From: Bdellovibrionales bacterium
GTDB lineage: Bacteria; Bdellovibrionota; Bdellovibrionia; Bdellovibrionales; UBA1609
Assembly: GCA_028283955.1 (NCBI GenBank)
Contig: JANQSP010000022.1
Span: 1 to 61,646, forward strand
Direction: 5' to 3'
Length of the DNA stretch: 61,646 bases
The notes beneath the pieces are model-generated. The model did no database searches. It saw only the letters and a program-made list of their open reading frames with translations, and was not told where the DNA came from. Positions 1-8,444 of the stretch are shown here, one piece after another. How positions within the stretch are numbered: position 1 is the first letter of the stretch; every line of letters starts with the position of its first letter. The position numbers were made by a program, and so were the translations under genes.

Positions 1-509
1 TTTACTTCCACAAAAGAGCCTTTTTTTTGAAGCTCATAAAGGGTTTTAACAAGTTCCGGTTTTATTAACCTGTGTTTGTGATGTCTTTTTTTAGGCCAGG
101 GATCGGGAAAGTAAATATAAATGTTGTTCAGTTCTTCGGAGGCGAAAATATCTTTTAACATGCGGGCGTTGTATCTGAGGGTTTTGGCGTTTGTACAGCC
201 ACTGTTTTTTATTCTTCGGGTTGTCTGGATAAGAGCTTTGTATTTTAATTCGATAGCGATAAATAATCGGTCTTTGTTGTTTACGGCCATGTGTTCAAAA
301 AAACCACCGGAGCCCGGTCCTATTTCCACATCCAGTTTTTTGGATTCAAGCGCTTTAAACGCAAGTTTTCTCCACTTACCTTTAAACTGAAGACAGTCCT
401 CTTCATCAAAAACCCATGAGTGGTATTGGTCATACATGGCCTTGACATAAGTACTGGGCCGCAGGAGATTCTTACTTTGAATTAATTTGGTTTGAGCTCC
501 CTTGGACAT
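1..509 (-). CDS. trmB: tRNA (guanine-N7)-methyltransferase, 3' end runs off the window
   Basis: Not in the ORF track. Manual translation from ATG at 509 (minus strand) gives MSKGAQTKL...LDVEIGPGSGGFFEHMA...FIAIELKYK...IYIYFPDPWPKKRHHKHRLI, which carries the SAM-binding EIGxGxG and TrmB FPDPWPKxRHxKRR motifs. Open to the window edge. Confidence 0.9.
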   Translation of the reverse strand, partial: MSKGAQTKLIQSKNLLRPSTYVKAMYDQYHSWVFDEEDCLQFKGKWRKLAFKALESKKLDVEIGPGSGGFFEHMAVNNKDRLFIAIELKYKALIQTTRRIKNSGCTNAKTLRYNARMLKDIFASEELNNIYIYFPDPWPKKRHHKHRLIKPELVKTLYELQKKGSFVEV

Positions 510-559
510 TTTGATTCCTTTTGGTGAAGGCAGGATCTTTCTTTGTTTTCACCTTCATT

Positions 560-3190
560 TCACTTATAGTGGTGAATGTGCTTTTGGGATTGAAATTGTA
601 GAACTTTTAAACAGGCTTGTGCGACAGAATCCGCATCTATTCCATGATATTGATACACATCACTGGGGCGTCCGCAGCGGGAGTGTTTCCTCACAGCCAA
701 AGACTTATGGTGGACTCCCAGAATAGAACCAATGTTGTCCAATAAACCCGGCTCCCCGTCGTGTACGCTGACAACAGGGGCTTTTGTGTTTTCCAAATTT
801 AAACCTTTTTTTAAATATTCATAGTTATTGGCGAAGGCCAGGTTACCCAATAGCAAGTCCGGACTGGTGACAACGATCAGGTTCGCATAAATACCCTGCT
901 TCAAAAGCTTTTTTGAAGCCTCTATAGTGGAGGTGGAGGGAGATCCCATGGAAAAAATATGCACGACGTTGTCCTCTTCCATATAATCGGCGTAACCTCT
1001 GTAATCCAACAGGTGGTAAGCGCCTGCCAATACTTCCTCACGGATAGCGGAAAAGATTTCTTCGTCTGTTATAGGGGGCTCTTGGGATTCCTCTTTTGTA
1101 GAGGGGAGAAGATGATTTTTGGGGGTTAATAAAATATTCTGATTTTTTTTAAATCTTTTTTGGGTTTTTAAACAACTGAGGAACTGTTTTTGATCGGCTC
1201 CCCTCGTTACAGCCCGGATGAGGACACCTGTTCTGCCTTGGTTGTTTTCGGTAAAATGTCTTTGTAGAGCATCTGCAAAAATCCAGTCCATTTCCTGAAG
1301 AAAGAAAGGTTCCCAGGTGATTTGATTGGGGATCTGAAAATCAGACTTCCATCCATGTTGAGCCCCTTCCGGAGAAAGAGTGACACCGGAGGGAGTACCA
1401 CATAAAATAAAACTGGAATTCCAATAAAGTGCGTAAAAGTACTGATCCAGTGCCCGTTTGATAAAAAAATCATAGATGGTCATCAAAGGTAAAAGGGGAG
1501 CCCCTAAAATATCTTTCATTTTTCCAAAGGCGGCCATGCAGGAAATGCTGTTGGCTTCCGCAATTTCAAACCGGACAAAACGATTGTGTTCTGTCTGGTC
1601 ACCTATTAAGTTGGGGCTTTTTTTATCTTCCAATCCTTTTTTTAACTCTTCTTCCTCAATCCAATGCGGACTCAGTACCTTGTCGTTCATGGAAAAACCC
1701 AAATTAGTGGAAGTTCCTACATCCGGAGACATGGAATAAAGCAGCCGGGCCGGCTCTTTTAAATTTTGTTCGTCTGTTGTTTTTAAGTTACTCTTTTTTT
1801 CATTGGCGATACGGGAAAACTTGGCTGTTATCTGACCTAAGAACCACTGGGTATGAGGGTAGTTCATTCTTTGAAATGGGATGGAAAGACTGTCCGGCTG
1901 TGAAGATGAAAAAAGTTTATTAAACCGGGCCAGGTTATCTTTTTTAATTTGATGTTGAGAAAGGATTTCCTTGTACAGCTGCTCTTTTCTTTTTTCTAAA
2001 AACCGGCCGGCTGTTGAATCTTTGGTGAAAAGGGGAAATTCGGATTCTTTGTTTTCCACCTCTTCTCTTAGTTTATTTAATTCCGCTTTGGAAATAAGAT
2101 AAGAGTGGTTGCCACTCAGACCCGCCATCTCCAGTCCCCATCCTTTTATAGTGTGAGCAATAATAATGCAGGGGCGTTTGTGGTCTTTTTTACTTTCTTC
2201 CATGGCGGATATCAGGCTGGAAAAATCATGGCCTCCCAAATCCGTAAAGGCGGCTTTTAGTTCTTCCGCTGTTATGTTTTTTAAGAAAGTTTTTAATTTT
2301 TTGTTTTTTGATAAAATGTTTTTTAATTCTTTCGCCTCCTTTCGAAAAAGGGCCTGGAATTCATGGTCTGTCAGTTCCTTTTCGAGAAAAAACTGAAAAT
2401 CTTTTCCACCTGGTTTTTGAAACAAAGCGTTTCGGGTGGAGCCGTGTTTTAATTGAATCACCTGCCATCCATTGGCGGAAAGTGTTTTTTCAATTCTTAA
2501 GGCATCGGAACCTTCCATGATATCGTCATTTATTAACCTGTGCCCATCCAGGCTTTGTCGGTTGTAGTCCAAAATCCAAGTGAGATTACCCAACTCCCGT
2601 TCCGCCAGGTCAGGTACAGCTTCCATTAAAGAACCCTCTCTAAATTCAGAGTCTCCAATGACAGCCCAGAAGTGAGCCGGAGGCACTTTGTATCCCTGGA
2701 TTTGTACGGCCCTGTAAGCCAAAGCCAGGTAGCCCGCTATGACGGGAGGGATTCCCACTGTGCCGGAAGGTAAAAAATTATGGTGATCCGGATCATATAC
2801 AGAATGATAAGATTGAAAAGTAAACTCCTCTTTTTTTGGAAAAGCTCTTAAGCCTTTCATCGCTTGTTCCGCTTCTTTTTGAGACAAGGGTTGAAGCTCG
2901 TTATTCAATAAAAGTCCCAGTAGATAGTTGTAGGCATGGTCTGCCGGGGAGGCATGAGGTTTATTGGCAATATGATCGTATCCGGACTTAACAACAAGGT
3001 GTAAAGCTCCCAAAATATGTAAAGCACTGGTGCTGGCTGAACAGTGCCCTCCTACCTTGGGGTCTCCCGCCTCCTGATCTTCTCTATAGTTGGCTGTGTA
3101 GATCATCTGATTTAATATCAAATGCGCTCTTTTTGCGATTTCATTAAGAGTGGCTATTTTTTTTTCCGGTTTCATATTCTTTTTGTTCAT
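560..3190 (-). CDS. aceE: Pyruvate dehydrogenase E1, homodimeric AceE type
   Basis: 876 aa; KVGGHCSAS, KPHASP, TPP motif GDSEFREG...DYNRQSLDG, LSPEGAQHG. Confidence 0.85.
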   Translation of the reverse strand: MNKKNMKPEKKIATLNEIAKRAHLILNQMIYTANYREDQEAGDPKVGGHCSASTSALHILGALHLVVKSGYDHIANKPHASPADHAYNYLLGLLLNNELQPLSQKEAEQAMKGLRAFPKKEEFTFQSYHSVYDPDHHNFLPSGTVGIPPVIAGYLALAYRAVQIQGYKVPPAHFWAVIGDSEFREGSLMEAVPDLAERELGNLTWILDYNRQSLDGHRLINDDIMEGSDALRIEKTLSANGWQVIQLKHGSTRNALFQKPGGKDFQFFLEKELTDHEFQALFRKEAKELKNILSKNKKLKTFLKNITAEELKAAFTDLGGHDFSSLISAMEESKKDHKRPCIIIAHTIKGWGLEMAGLSGNHSYLISKAELNKLREEVENKESEFPLFTKDSTAGRFLEKRKEQLYKEILSQHQIKKDNLARFNKLFSSSQPDSLSIPFQRMNYPHTQWFLGQITAKFSRIANEKKSNLKTTDEQNLKEPARLLYSMSPDVGTSTNLGFSMNDKVLSPHWIEEEELKKGLEDKKSPNLIGDQTEHNRFVRFEIAEANSISCMAAFGKMKDILGAPLLPLMTIYDFFIKRALDQYFYALYWNSSFILCGTPSGVTLSPEGAQHGWKSDFQIPNQITWEPFFLQEMDWIFADALQRHFTENNQGRTGVLIRAVTRGADQKQFLSCLKTQKRFKKNQNILLTPKNHLLPSTKEESQEPPITDEEIFSAIREEVLAGAYHLLDYRGYADYMEEDNVVHIFSMGSPSTSTIEASKKLLKQGIYANLIVVTSPDLLLGNLAFANNYEYLKKGLNLENTKAPVVSVHDGEPGLLDNIGSILGVHHKSLAVRKHSRCGRPSDVYQYHGIDADSVAQACLKVLQFQSQKHIHHYK

Positions 3191-3213
3191 GTAATGTTTG
3201 GGGTGTTTTGAGT

Positions 3214-4134
3214 TTAGTTTTGTCTTGAAAACAAGTCTGCGGATGTAAAAGAATCGATATAAATATAAAAACTCTGTTTAATGTGTATGTAACCGTCTTC
3301 TTCTATCAGACCTGCCGGAGGATTTGGGAAGGGCGCTGCTGATAAAAAAGCGTGAAGAGCGGCGGAATCAACATTTTCTTCACCGGAGCTTTTTACCACT
3401 CTCATGTCCTGTATTTCTCCGTCTGTGGAAAGATAAACGTAAAGGCTGGTGGAGAATATTTGTTGTCTGTTTCCATGGTTTGATTTGAAAGCGGTAAGGG
3501 GCAGTTCTGTTTGAAGATATTGGTTCCACCTCCAATAGATCTGTTCCTTCATACGGGAAAAGTAGGAATAGTAAATAAATTCTCTTGTATTTAATAGAGT
3601 ATGGGAACCTCTTTCCACACCTGGTAGGAAATCCATAGTCCGACTAAGATCCTGCTTTTTTGGTTGTTGAGAAAAATCCATGTGTTCTAATTCCGTGATG
3701 TTTATTTTAAGGGGTTCTTCTATCACTTCTAATAAAGTGGAGCTTAAGGAGCTGATTTGCCTGTGGATGGGGGAAATGTTTTTCTTAGGCTTTTGGTTTT
3801 TGTTTAGGGCTTCTCTGGCTGAAGTCGGTGAATTTTCTGTTTTTGCCTGGTAAAAAAGCCCTTCTAACATGGCCTGTGTTTCTTTTTCCACGGCTTTATT
3901 TGCCTGGCTGAGGTAACGTGTTTGTTTTTTGGGAATAGTATTATTAAAAGTCTCCTGGCTGACAATTTGCTGGTGAACAGGGTATTCCACGAATACAAGA
4001 CTTTCTTCTTGCTGTTTTATTGTTTTTGTGGACTGTGGGGCCCAGTACAGTAACAGCAAAGGGGTATGTATCAATAGTGAACATAGAATGGCGAACAAGA
4101 AGGGCCTGAGTTTTGTCTGTTTATGATGAAGCAA
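3214..4134 (-). CDS. Membrane-anchored TonB/TolA C-terminal domain protein (energy transducer family)
   Basis: N-terminal TM with SLLIH motif; C-terminal DGEIQDMRVVKSSGEENVDSAALHAFLSAAPFPNPP typical of TonB_C/TolA_C. Confidence 0.75.
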   Translation of the reverse strand: MLHHKQTKLRPFLFAILCSLLIHTPLLLLYWAPQSTKTIKQQEESLVFVEYPVHQQIVSQETFNNTIPKKQTRYLSQANKAVEKETQAMLEGLFYQAKTENSPTSAREALNKNQKPKKNISPIHRQISSLSSTLLEVIEEPLKINITELEHMDFSQQPKKQDLSRTMDFLPGVERGSHTLLNTREFIYYSYFSRMKEQIYWRWNQYLQTELPLTAFKSNHGNRQQIFSTSLYVYLSTDGEIQDMRVVKSSGEENVDSAALHAFLSAAPFPNPPAGLIEEDGYIHIKQSFYIYIDSFTSADLFSRQN

Positions 4135-4207
4135 GAGGAGACCTCACTTTCTTATGTCGTAAAATATTAAGATCATATCCTAACACAGAAAATAAAAGTT
4201 TCATATA

Positions 4208-4960
4208 TTGAGTGTAAAAATGTATATTTTTGGTATGAAATTAGCGTTTTATTCTGCTACAGATGTGGGTTTGGTCAGACATAATAACCAGGATAGCTTA
4301 TTAGCGGATGGAGATAACAGGGTTTTTATGGTAGCGGACGGAATGGGTGGCCATCAAGGGGGAGAAGTGGCTTCCCGTTTGGCCGTTGAGGTTATTTCCC
4401 GCAAACTGGCTGGATTGGTAAGAAAAGAGGAATCTCTTATAGATGATGTTAGGCAGGCCTGTGTAGAGGCGAATAGAGTGATTTATAATGAAGGACGAAA
4501 AAATATTGAGTTAAGAGGTATGGGTACCACTTTGTGCCTGTTTCTTATAAAGGAGAATGGGCAGGCTTATATAGCTAATATCGGAGACTCCCGGTTGTAT
4601 ATGGAAAAGGACGATAAAATGTGGCTCTTGACAGAAGATCACAATTTTCTCACCAATCAATTAAAAGTGAATTTTTTGTCAGGAGAAAGCACTACATCCT
4701 CTTCGGCTGAAGAGAATGTGCTTACGAAAAGTGTTGGCTTTTTTCCTACTGTGGAGCCGGATATTTTTGAGAAAACCGTGGAAACAGGGGAAAAGTACTT
4801 AATTTGCTCTGATGGTTTAAGTGGTTTTGTGCCGGATGAGGAAATTCAAAATATTTTGAAGACTTGTGCTTTACACGATGTCCCTAAAGAATGTATTAAG
4901 AAAGCCCTTGATGCGGGTGGAGAGGATAATATTTCGGTGGTTGCTATTGAGGTTCAATAA
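4208..4960 (+). CDS. PP2C-family Ser/Thr protein phosphatase (Stp1/PrpC type)
   Basis: TDVGLVRHNNQD, VADGMGGHQGGEVAS, GMGTT, ANIGDSRLY, LTEDH, ICSDGL, GGEDNISV. True start may be 4220 or 4235. Confidence 0.93.
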   Translation: MSVKMYIFGMKLAFYSATDVGLVRHNNQDSLLADGDNRVFMVADGMGGHQGGEVASRLAVEVISRKLAGLVRKEESLIDDVRQACVEANRVIYNEGRKNIELRGMGTTLCLFLIKENGQAYIANIGDSRLYMEKDDKMWLLTEDHNFLTNQLKVNFLSGESTTSSSAEENVLTKSVGFFPTVEPDIFEKTVETGEKYLICSDGLSGFVPDEEIQNILKTCALHDVPKECIKKALDAGGEDNISVVAIEVQ

Positions 4961-4984
4961 AATTATAAATAGCTTGTTTTTGAG

Positions 4985-5971
4985 GTGAGTAAATTGATTG
5001 GAAGAGATTTAACAATATTCATTAGTTCTAAAAAAGGTTCTCTTAAGGAACTTCATATTTCCAAATCCCGGCTTCGTTATGGGTGTGTGGGGTTGATTGT
5101 TTTAGCTTTGTTTTTTTGTACTTTTGCCGCTGATTATTTTTTCTCTTTTTCAAACCGTCTTAATTATCAGAAATATCAGGTTGAGAATAAGGACTTAAAA
5201 TCTCAGTTGTCACATTTGCATCTTAAAATGGAGCGGTTAAATTCCCGTTTACATCAGATTGAAGATTTTTCTCATAAAATTAAATTAATTGCAGGGCTGG
5301 AGGAACACACTCATTCTGCCCTAGCTATGGGCCCTTTATCCGACCCTACCTTTCCTGATGTATCTTCTACATTTGATGCAAAATTAAAGGGAGATCGGAC
5401 GCATTCCCGAAAGCCCTCTTCTGTTCCATCTGTGTCTGATTCCAAGAATTTGCCCAACACTTCCATGGACTCCATTGTGGTATATATGGATCGTTTGGAT
5501 AAGAAATCAAAATTGGTACATCAGGATATCACTTTGATGATGGAGAAACTGTATGAAAAAAGAGATATCATAAGCAGCACTCCCAGTATTTTACCGGCTA
5601 AAGGCTGGATTAGTTCTCGTTTTGGTTATCGTCAGTACCCTTTTACAGGAGAAGTTTCTTTACATGAAGGAATGGATATTGCGGGTTTCCCGGGTACTCC
5701 CGTGTATGCACCGTCTGACGGAGTGGTTATGTTTGCCGGATATAAACAAGGTTATGGGAAGGTGATAGTTTTGGATCATGGTTACGAAATGTCCACTCTC
5801 TATGCACATTTAAAGGATATTATGGTATCGAAAAAACAGAAAGTGGAGAGGAAACAGGTCATTGGCACTATTGGTAATACTGGTCACTCTACCGGTCCTC
5901 ATTTACATTATGAAGTGCGAATTTCCAATGTGCCAGTGGATCCATCTGAATTTATTTTGGATTCTTTATAA
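4985..5971 (+). CDS. M23 family metallopeptidase with N-terminal TM and coiled coil
   Basis: HEGMDI (HxxxD), YAHL, STGPHLHYEV (HxH); SSRFGYR. Confidence 0.92.
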   Translation: MSKLIGRDLTIFISSKKGSLKELHISKSRLRYGCVGLIVLALFFCTFAADYFFSFSNRLNYQKYQVENKDLKSQLSHLHLKMERLNSRLHQIEDFSHKIKLIAGLEEHTHSALAMGPLSDPTFPDVSSTFDAKLKGDRTHSRKPSSVPSVSDSKNLPNTSMDSIVVYMDRLDKKSKLVHQDITLMMEKLYEKRDIISSTPSILPAKGWISSRFGYRQYPFTGEVSLHEGMDIAGFPGTPVYAPSDGVVMFAGYKQGYGKVIVLDHGYEMSTLYAHLKDIMVSKKQKVERKQVIGTIGNTGHSTGPHLHYEVRISNVPVDPSEFILDSL

Positions 5972-5986
5972 GAAAGGAAGGATTTT

Positions 5987-6652
5987 ATGAACTTTGTTGA
6001 AAACTTAAAAAAAGAACTGTTGCCTTATCATTTGCTTAAACATCCTTTTTATCAAATGTGGATGGAAGGAACTTTACCTGAGAAGTGTTTACAAAACTAT
6101 GCAACTCAATATTATCATCATGTATCCGCTTTTCCACGGTATATCAGTGCTTTACATTCTTTATGTGAGAGTCAGGAGGATCGAAAAGTATTACTGGAAA
6201 ATTTGAATGAGGAAGAAGGCTCACGTGGTAATTCACATCCGGATCTATGGATGTATTTTGCTGAAGGATTGGGTTTGGATCAAAAAGAGGTCAAAAACTC
6301 CGCTCCCTGTAAAAGTATTCAGGAATTAATAAATACTTTCTTTTCTCACTGTCGGCATTCTTATTCGAAAGGATTATCTGCATTGTACAGTTATGAGTAT
6401 CAAGTGCCCGAAGTGGCTGAAACAAAAATACAGGGTTTAAAAGAACATTATAATGTCACAGACAAAAAGACACTTTTGTTTTTTTTGGTGCATAAGGATG
6501 CTGATATTGAACACAGGGAAGCTATAGAAAAGTTATTGGAAAAATTACCGGAATCACAGCAGAGAGAAGCTATCGATTCAGCCGTGAGTATTGCAAAAAA
6601 TCTGTGGAATTTTTTGACAGAAATGCAACCCGCTCCTTCCGTTGCTGCGTAA
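5987..6652 (+). CDS. CADD-family (CT610-like) self-sacrificing p-aminobenzoate synthase, heme-oxygenase-like dimetal fold
   Basis: HPFY (Y22), YATQYYHHVSAFPRYISALHSLC, LLENLNEEE...H84, YSYE137YQ, K147, H169..D173..H176 all line up with the Chlamydia CT610 pattern; folate gene context. Confidence 0.9.
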   Translation: MNFVENLKKELLPYHLLKHPFYQMWMEGTLPEKCLQNYATQYYHHVSAFPRYISALHSLCESQEDRKVLLENLNEEEGSRGNSHPDLWMYFAEGLGLDQKEVKNSAPCKSIQELINTFFSHCRHSYSKGLSALYSYEYQVPEVAETKIQGLKEHYNVTDKKTLLFFLVHKDADIEHREAIEKLLEKLPESQQREAIDSAVSIAKNLWNFLTEMQPAPSVAA

Positions 6653-6659
6653 AAGATAA

Positions 6660-7025
6660 ATGTATTCCTTTTTAGAGATAAAGTCCCTTATATTGCCTGT
6701 TCATATAGGACGTACCAAAGAAGAGCGTCAGGAACCTCAGGATATTGCCTTTCATATTACTGTAGGTTTTACGAAAGCTTTGAATGATGAGCAGACAGAT
6801 ACATTGGAACAGTCTGTTTGTTACTTTAAAATATGTGAACAAATCAAAGTGCTGACATCCAAGAACCAATTTTCACTGATTGAGAAGTTGGGTTTTGATA
6901 CTTTGACTACGTTAAAAACATTGTTACCCTCCCGTGTTCGTGTGCGGGTGCGCGTGCATAAAATGCATCCTCCCATCTCTCATTTGGAAGGGGGTGTTTC
7001 TTATACCTGCGGTGACTTTCTGTAG
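6660..7025 (+). CDS. folB: Dihydroneopterin aldolase
   Basis: 121 aa; VHIGRTKEERQEPQDI, SVCYFKI, FSLIEKL, VRVHK; lies between CADD and folKP. Confidence 0.8.
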   Translation: MYSFLEIKSLILPVHIGRTKEERQEPQDIAFHITVGFTKALNDEQTDTLEQSVCYFKICEQIKVLTSKNQFSLIEKLGFDTLTTLKTLLPSRVRVRVRVHKMHPPISHLEGGVSYTCGDFL

Positions 7026-7128
7026 GAATCCGCAAAGTAAATTCATGTAGTGACTTTGTATTGTATAAGTATTACTTTCTTGTTTGGAAAATAACAGTGG
7101 AATATAAAAAACAAGTAAGAATATAATT

Positions 7129-8406
7129 ATGGGTGAAAACAAAACAGCCTGTATCGGTTTTGGTTCTAATATAGAAAATCGTTTAAGCTATATTGAGTCC
7201 GCTATAAAGGAGATGGAAAAGCAGGGGTTTTCTATCCTTAAAATTTCTCCGATTTATGAGACACCGGCTCTTCTTCCACCGAATGCTTTAGAAGGATGGG
7301 ATCGTCCTTTTTTAAATGGGGTAGCGCAAGTGCAATGTGGAACATCTCCACAACAGTTGCTCAATTCTTTGAAGATGATTGAAAAAAACCTGGGTCGAAA
7401 AACAAATCTCAAATGGGCACCCAGAACTATTGACTTGGATATTCTGCTTTTTAATGGACAGGTTATTAATACTGAAGAATTACAGATTCCTCATCCTGAA
7501 ATGATAAATAGAAATTTTGTTTTAACCCCTTTAAAAGAAATGGAGCCCTTCCTGGAAATACCGGGCAAGGGGAAAAATAATACAGTGTTGGAGCTTTTTC
7601 GTCGCTTGCCTTTGAAATTGCCTACATGGATGCATATTTTAAATGTGACTCCTGATTCTTTTTCTGATGGGGGTCAGTTGGATTTGAGTAATTATACTTC
7701 CATCTTACAAAGAATATCAGGTCAAAATATTCATATTGTTGATTTGGGAGCCGAGTCCACCCGGCCTGGAGCGATTCCTGTTTCTCCGGAAGAGGAATGG
7801 CAGAGACTCATGCCCTATATTCATTTATTTTTTGATTTTTATGAAAATAAAATATTCCGTCCCAAGCTGAGTTTGGACACGCGGTATCCACAGACAGCAA
7901 GAAAAGGTATTGATATGGGTGTTGATATCATTAATGATGTTGGTGGGTTGTCTGATGGAATGCTTGAGGTGCTTAAAGACACAAAAGTGGAATATATACT
8001 TATGCATAGTATGACTGTACCCGCTTCCCATGATAACACCTTGCCGATAGATAAAGATCCCGTGGATGAAATAAAAAAATGGCTGCATGAGAAAATAAGT
8101 ATTTTAAAAGAGCACAATATTTCCCTTGATCGTATTATTTTTGACCCGGGGATTGGATTTGGTAAAACAGCTGATCAGTCTTTAAATATCTTAAAGAGAA
8201 TTCGGGAGTTTTATTGTTTTCCCTTGCGGATTTTAGTGGGGCATTCCAGAAAGTCTTTTATGAAATTGTTTTATTCTGACAATCCTGTAGATAGGGATTG
8301 TGAAAGTGCCGGGTTATCCCTTTCTCTTGTAAAACAGGGAGTGGATATTCTACGTGTGCATGAGGCTGATTTTCATGCTCGTGTTTTACGGGGTTTTATA
8401 GCTTAG
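7129..8406 (+). CDS. folKP: Bifunctional HPPK / dihydropteroate synthase (FolK-FolP fusion)
   Basis: FolK motifs GFGSNI, SPIYET, FLNGV, WAPRTIDLDIL, IPHP; FolP motifs ILNVTPDSFSDGG, GAESTRPG, SLDT, INDV, FDPGIGFGK, GHSRKSF, RVHE. Confidence 0.95.
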   Translation: MGENKTACIGFGSNIENRLSYIESAIKEMEKQGFSILKISPIYETPALLPPNALEGWDRPFLNGVAQVQCGTSPQQLLNSLKMIEKNLGRKTNLKWAPRTIDLDILLFNGQVINTEELQIPHPEMINRNFVLTPLKEMEPFLEIPGKGKNNTVLELFRRLPLKLPTWMHILNVTPDSFSDGGQLDLSNYTSILQRISGQNIHIVDLGAESTRPGAIPVSPEEEWQRLMPYIHLFFDFYENKIFRPKLSLDTRYPQTARKGIDMGVDIINDVGGLSDGMLEVLKDTKVEYILMHSMTVPASHDNTLPIDKDPVDEIKKWLHEKISILKEHNISLDRIIFDPGIGFGKTADQSLNILKRIREFYCFPLRILVGHSRKSFMKLFYSDNPVDRDCESAGLSLSLVKQGVDILRVHEADFHARVLRGFIA

Positions 8407-8444
8407 TTGTTTTTTGGAACAGATATTAAAAAAGGCGTTTTTTT

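Noticed and set aside
121-726. Plus-strand ORFs 121-390 and 502-726
   Set aside because: Antisense shadows of trmB and aceE, which carry clear motifs on the minus strand.
7026-7128. Possible folB-folKP readthrough or frameshift fusion, or a THF riboswitch in the 103-bp gap
   Set aside because: Stops in both relevant frames (TAA four codons after the folB stop; TAA at 7105 in the folKP frame). The gap is very AT-rich with only a weak CTTGTTT/AAACAAG stem and no riboswitch consensus.
6924-7142. 72-aa minus-strand ORF across the folB-folKP gap
   Set aside because: Overlaps both folate genes antisense, has no motifs, and no recognisable RBS.
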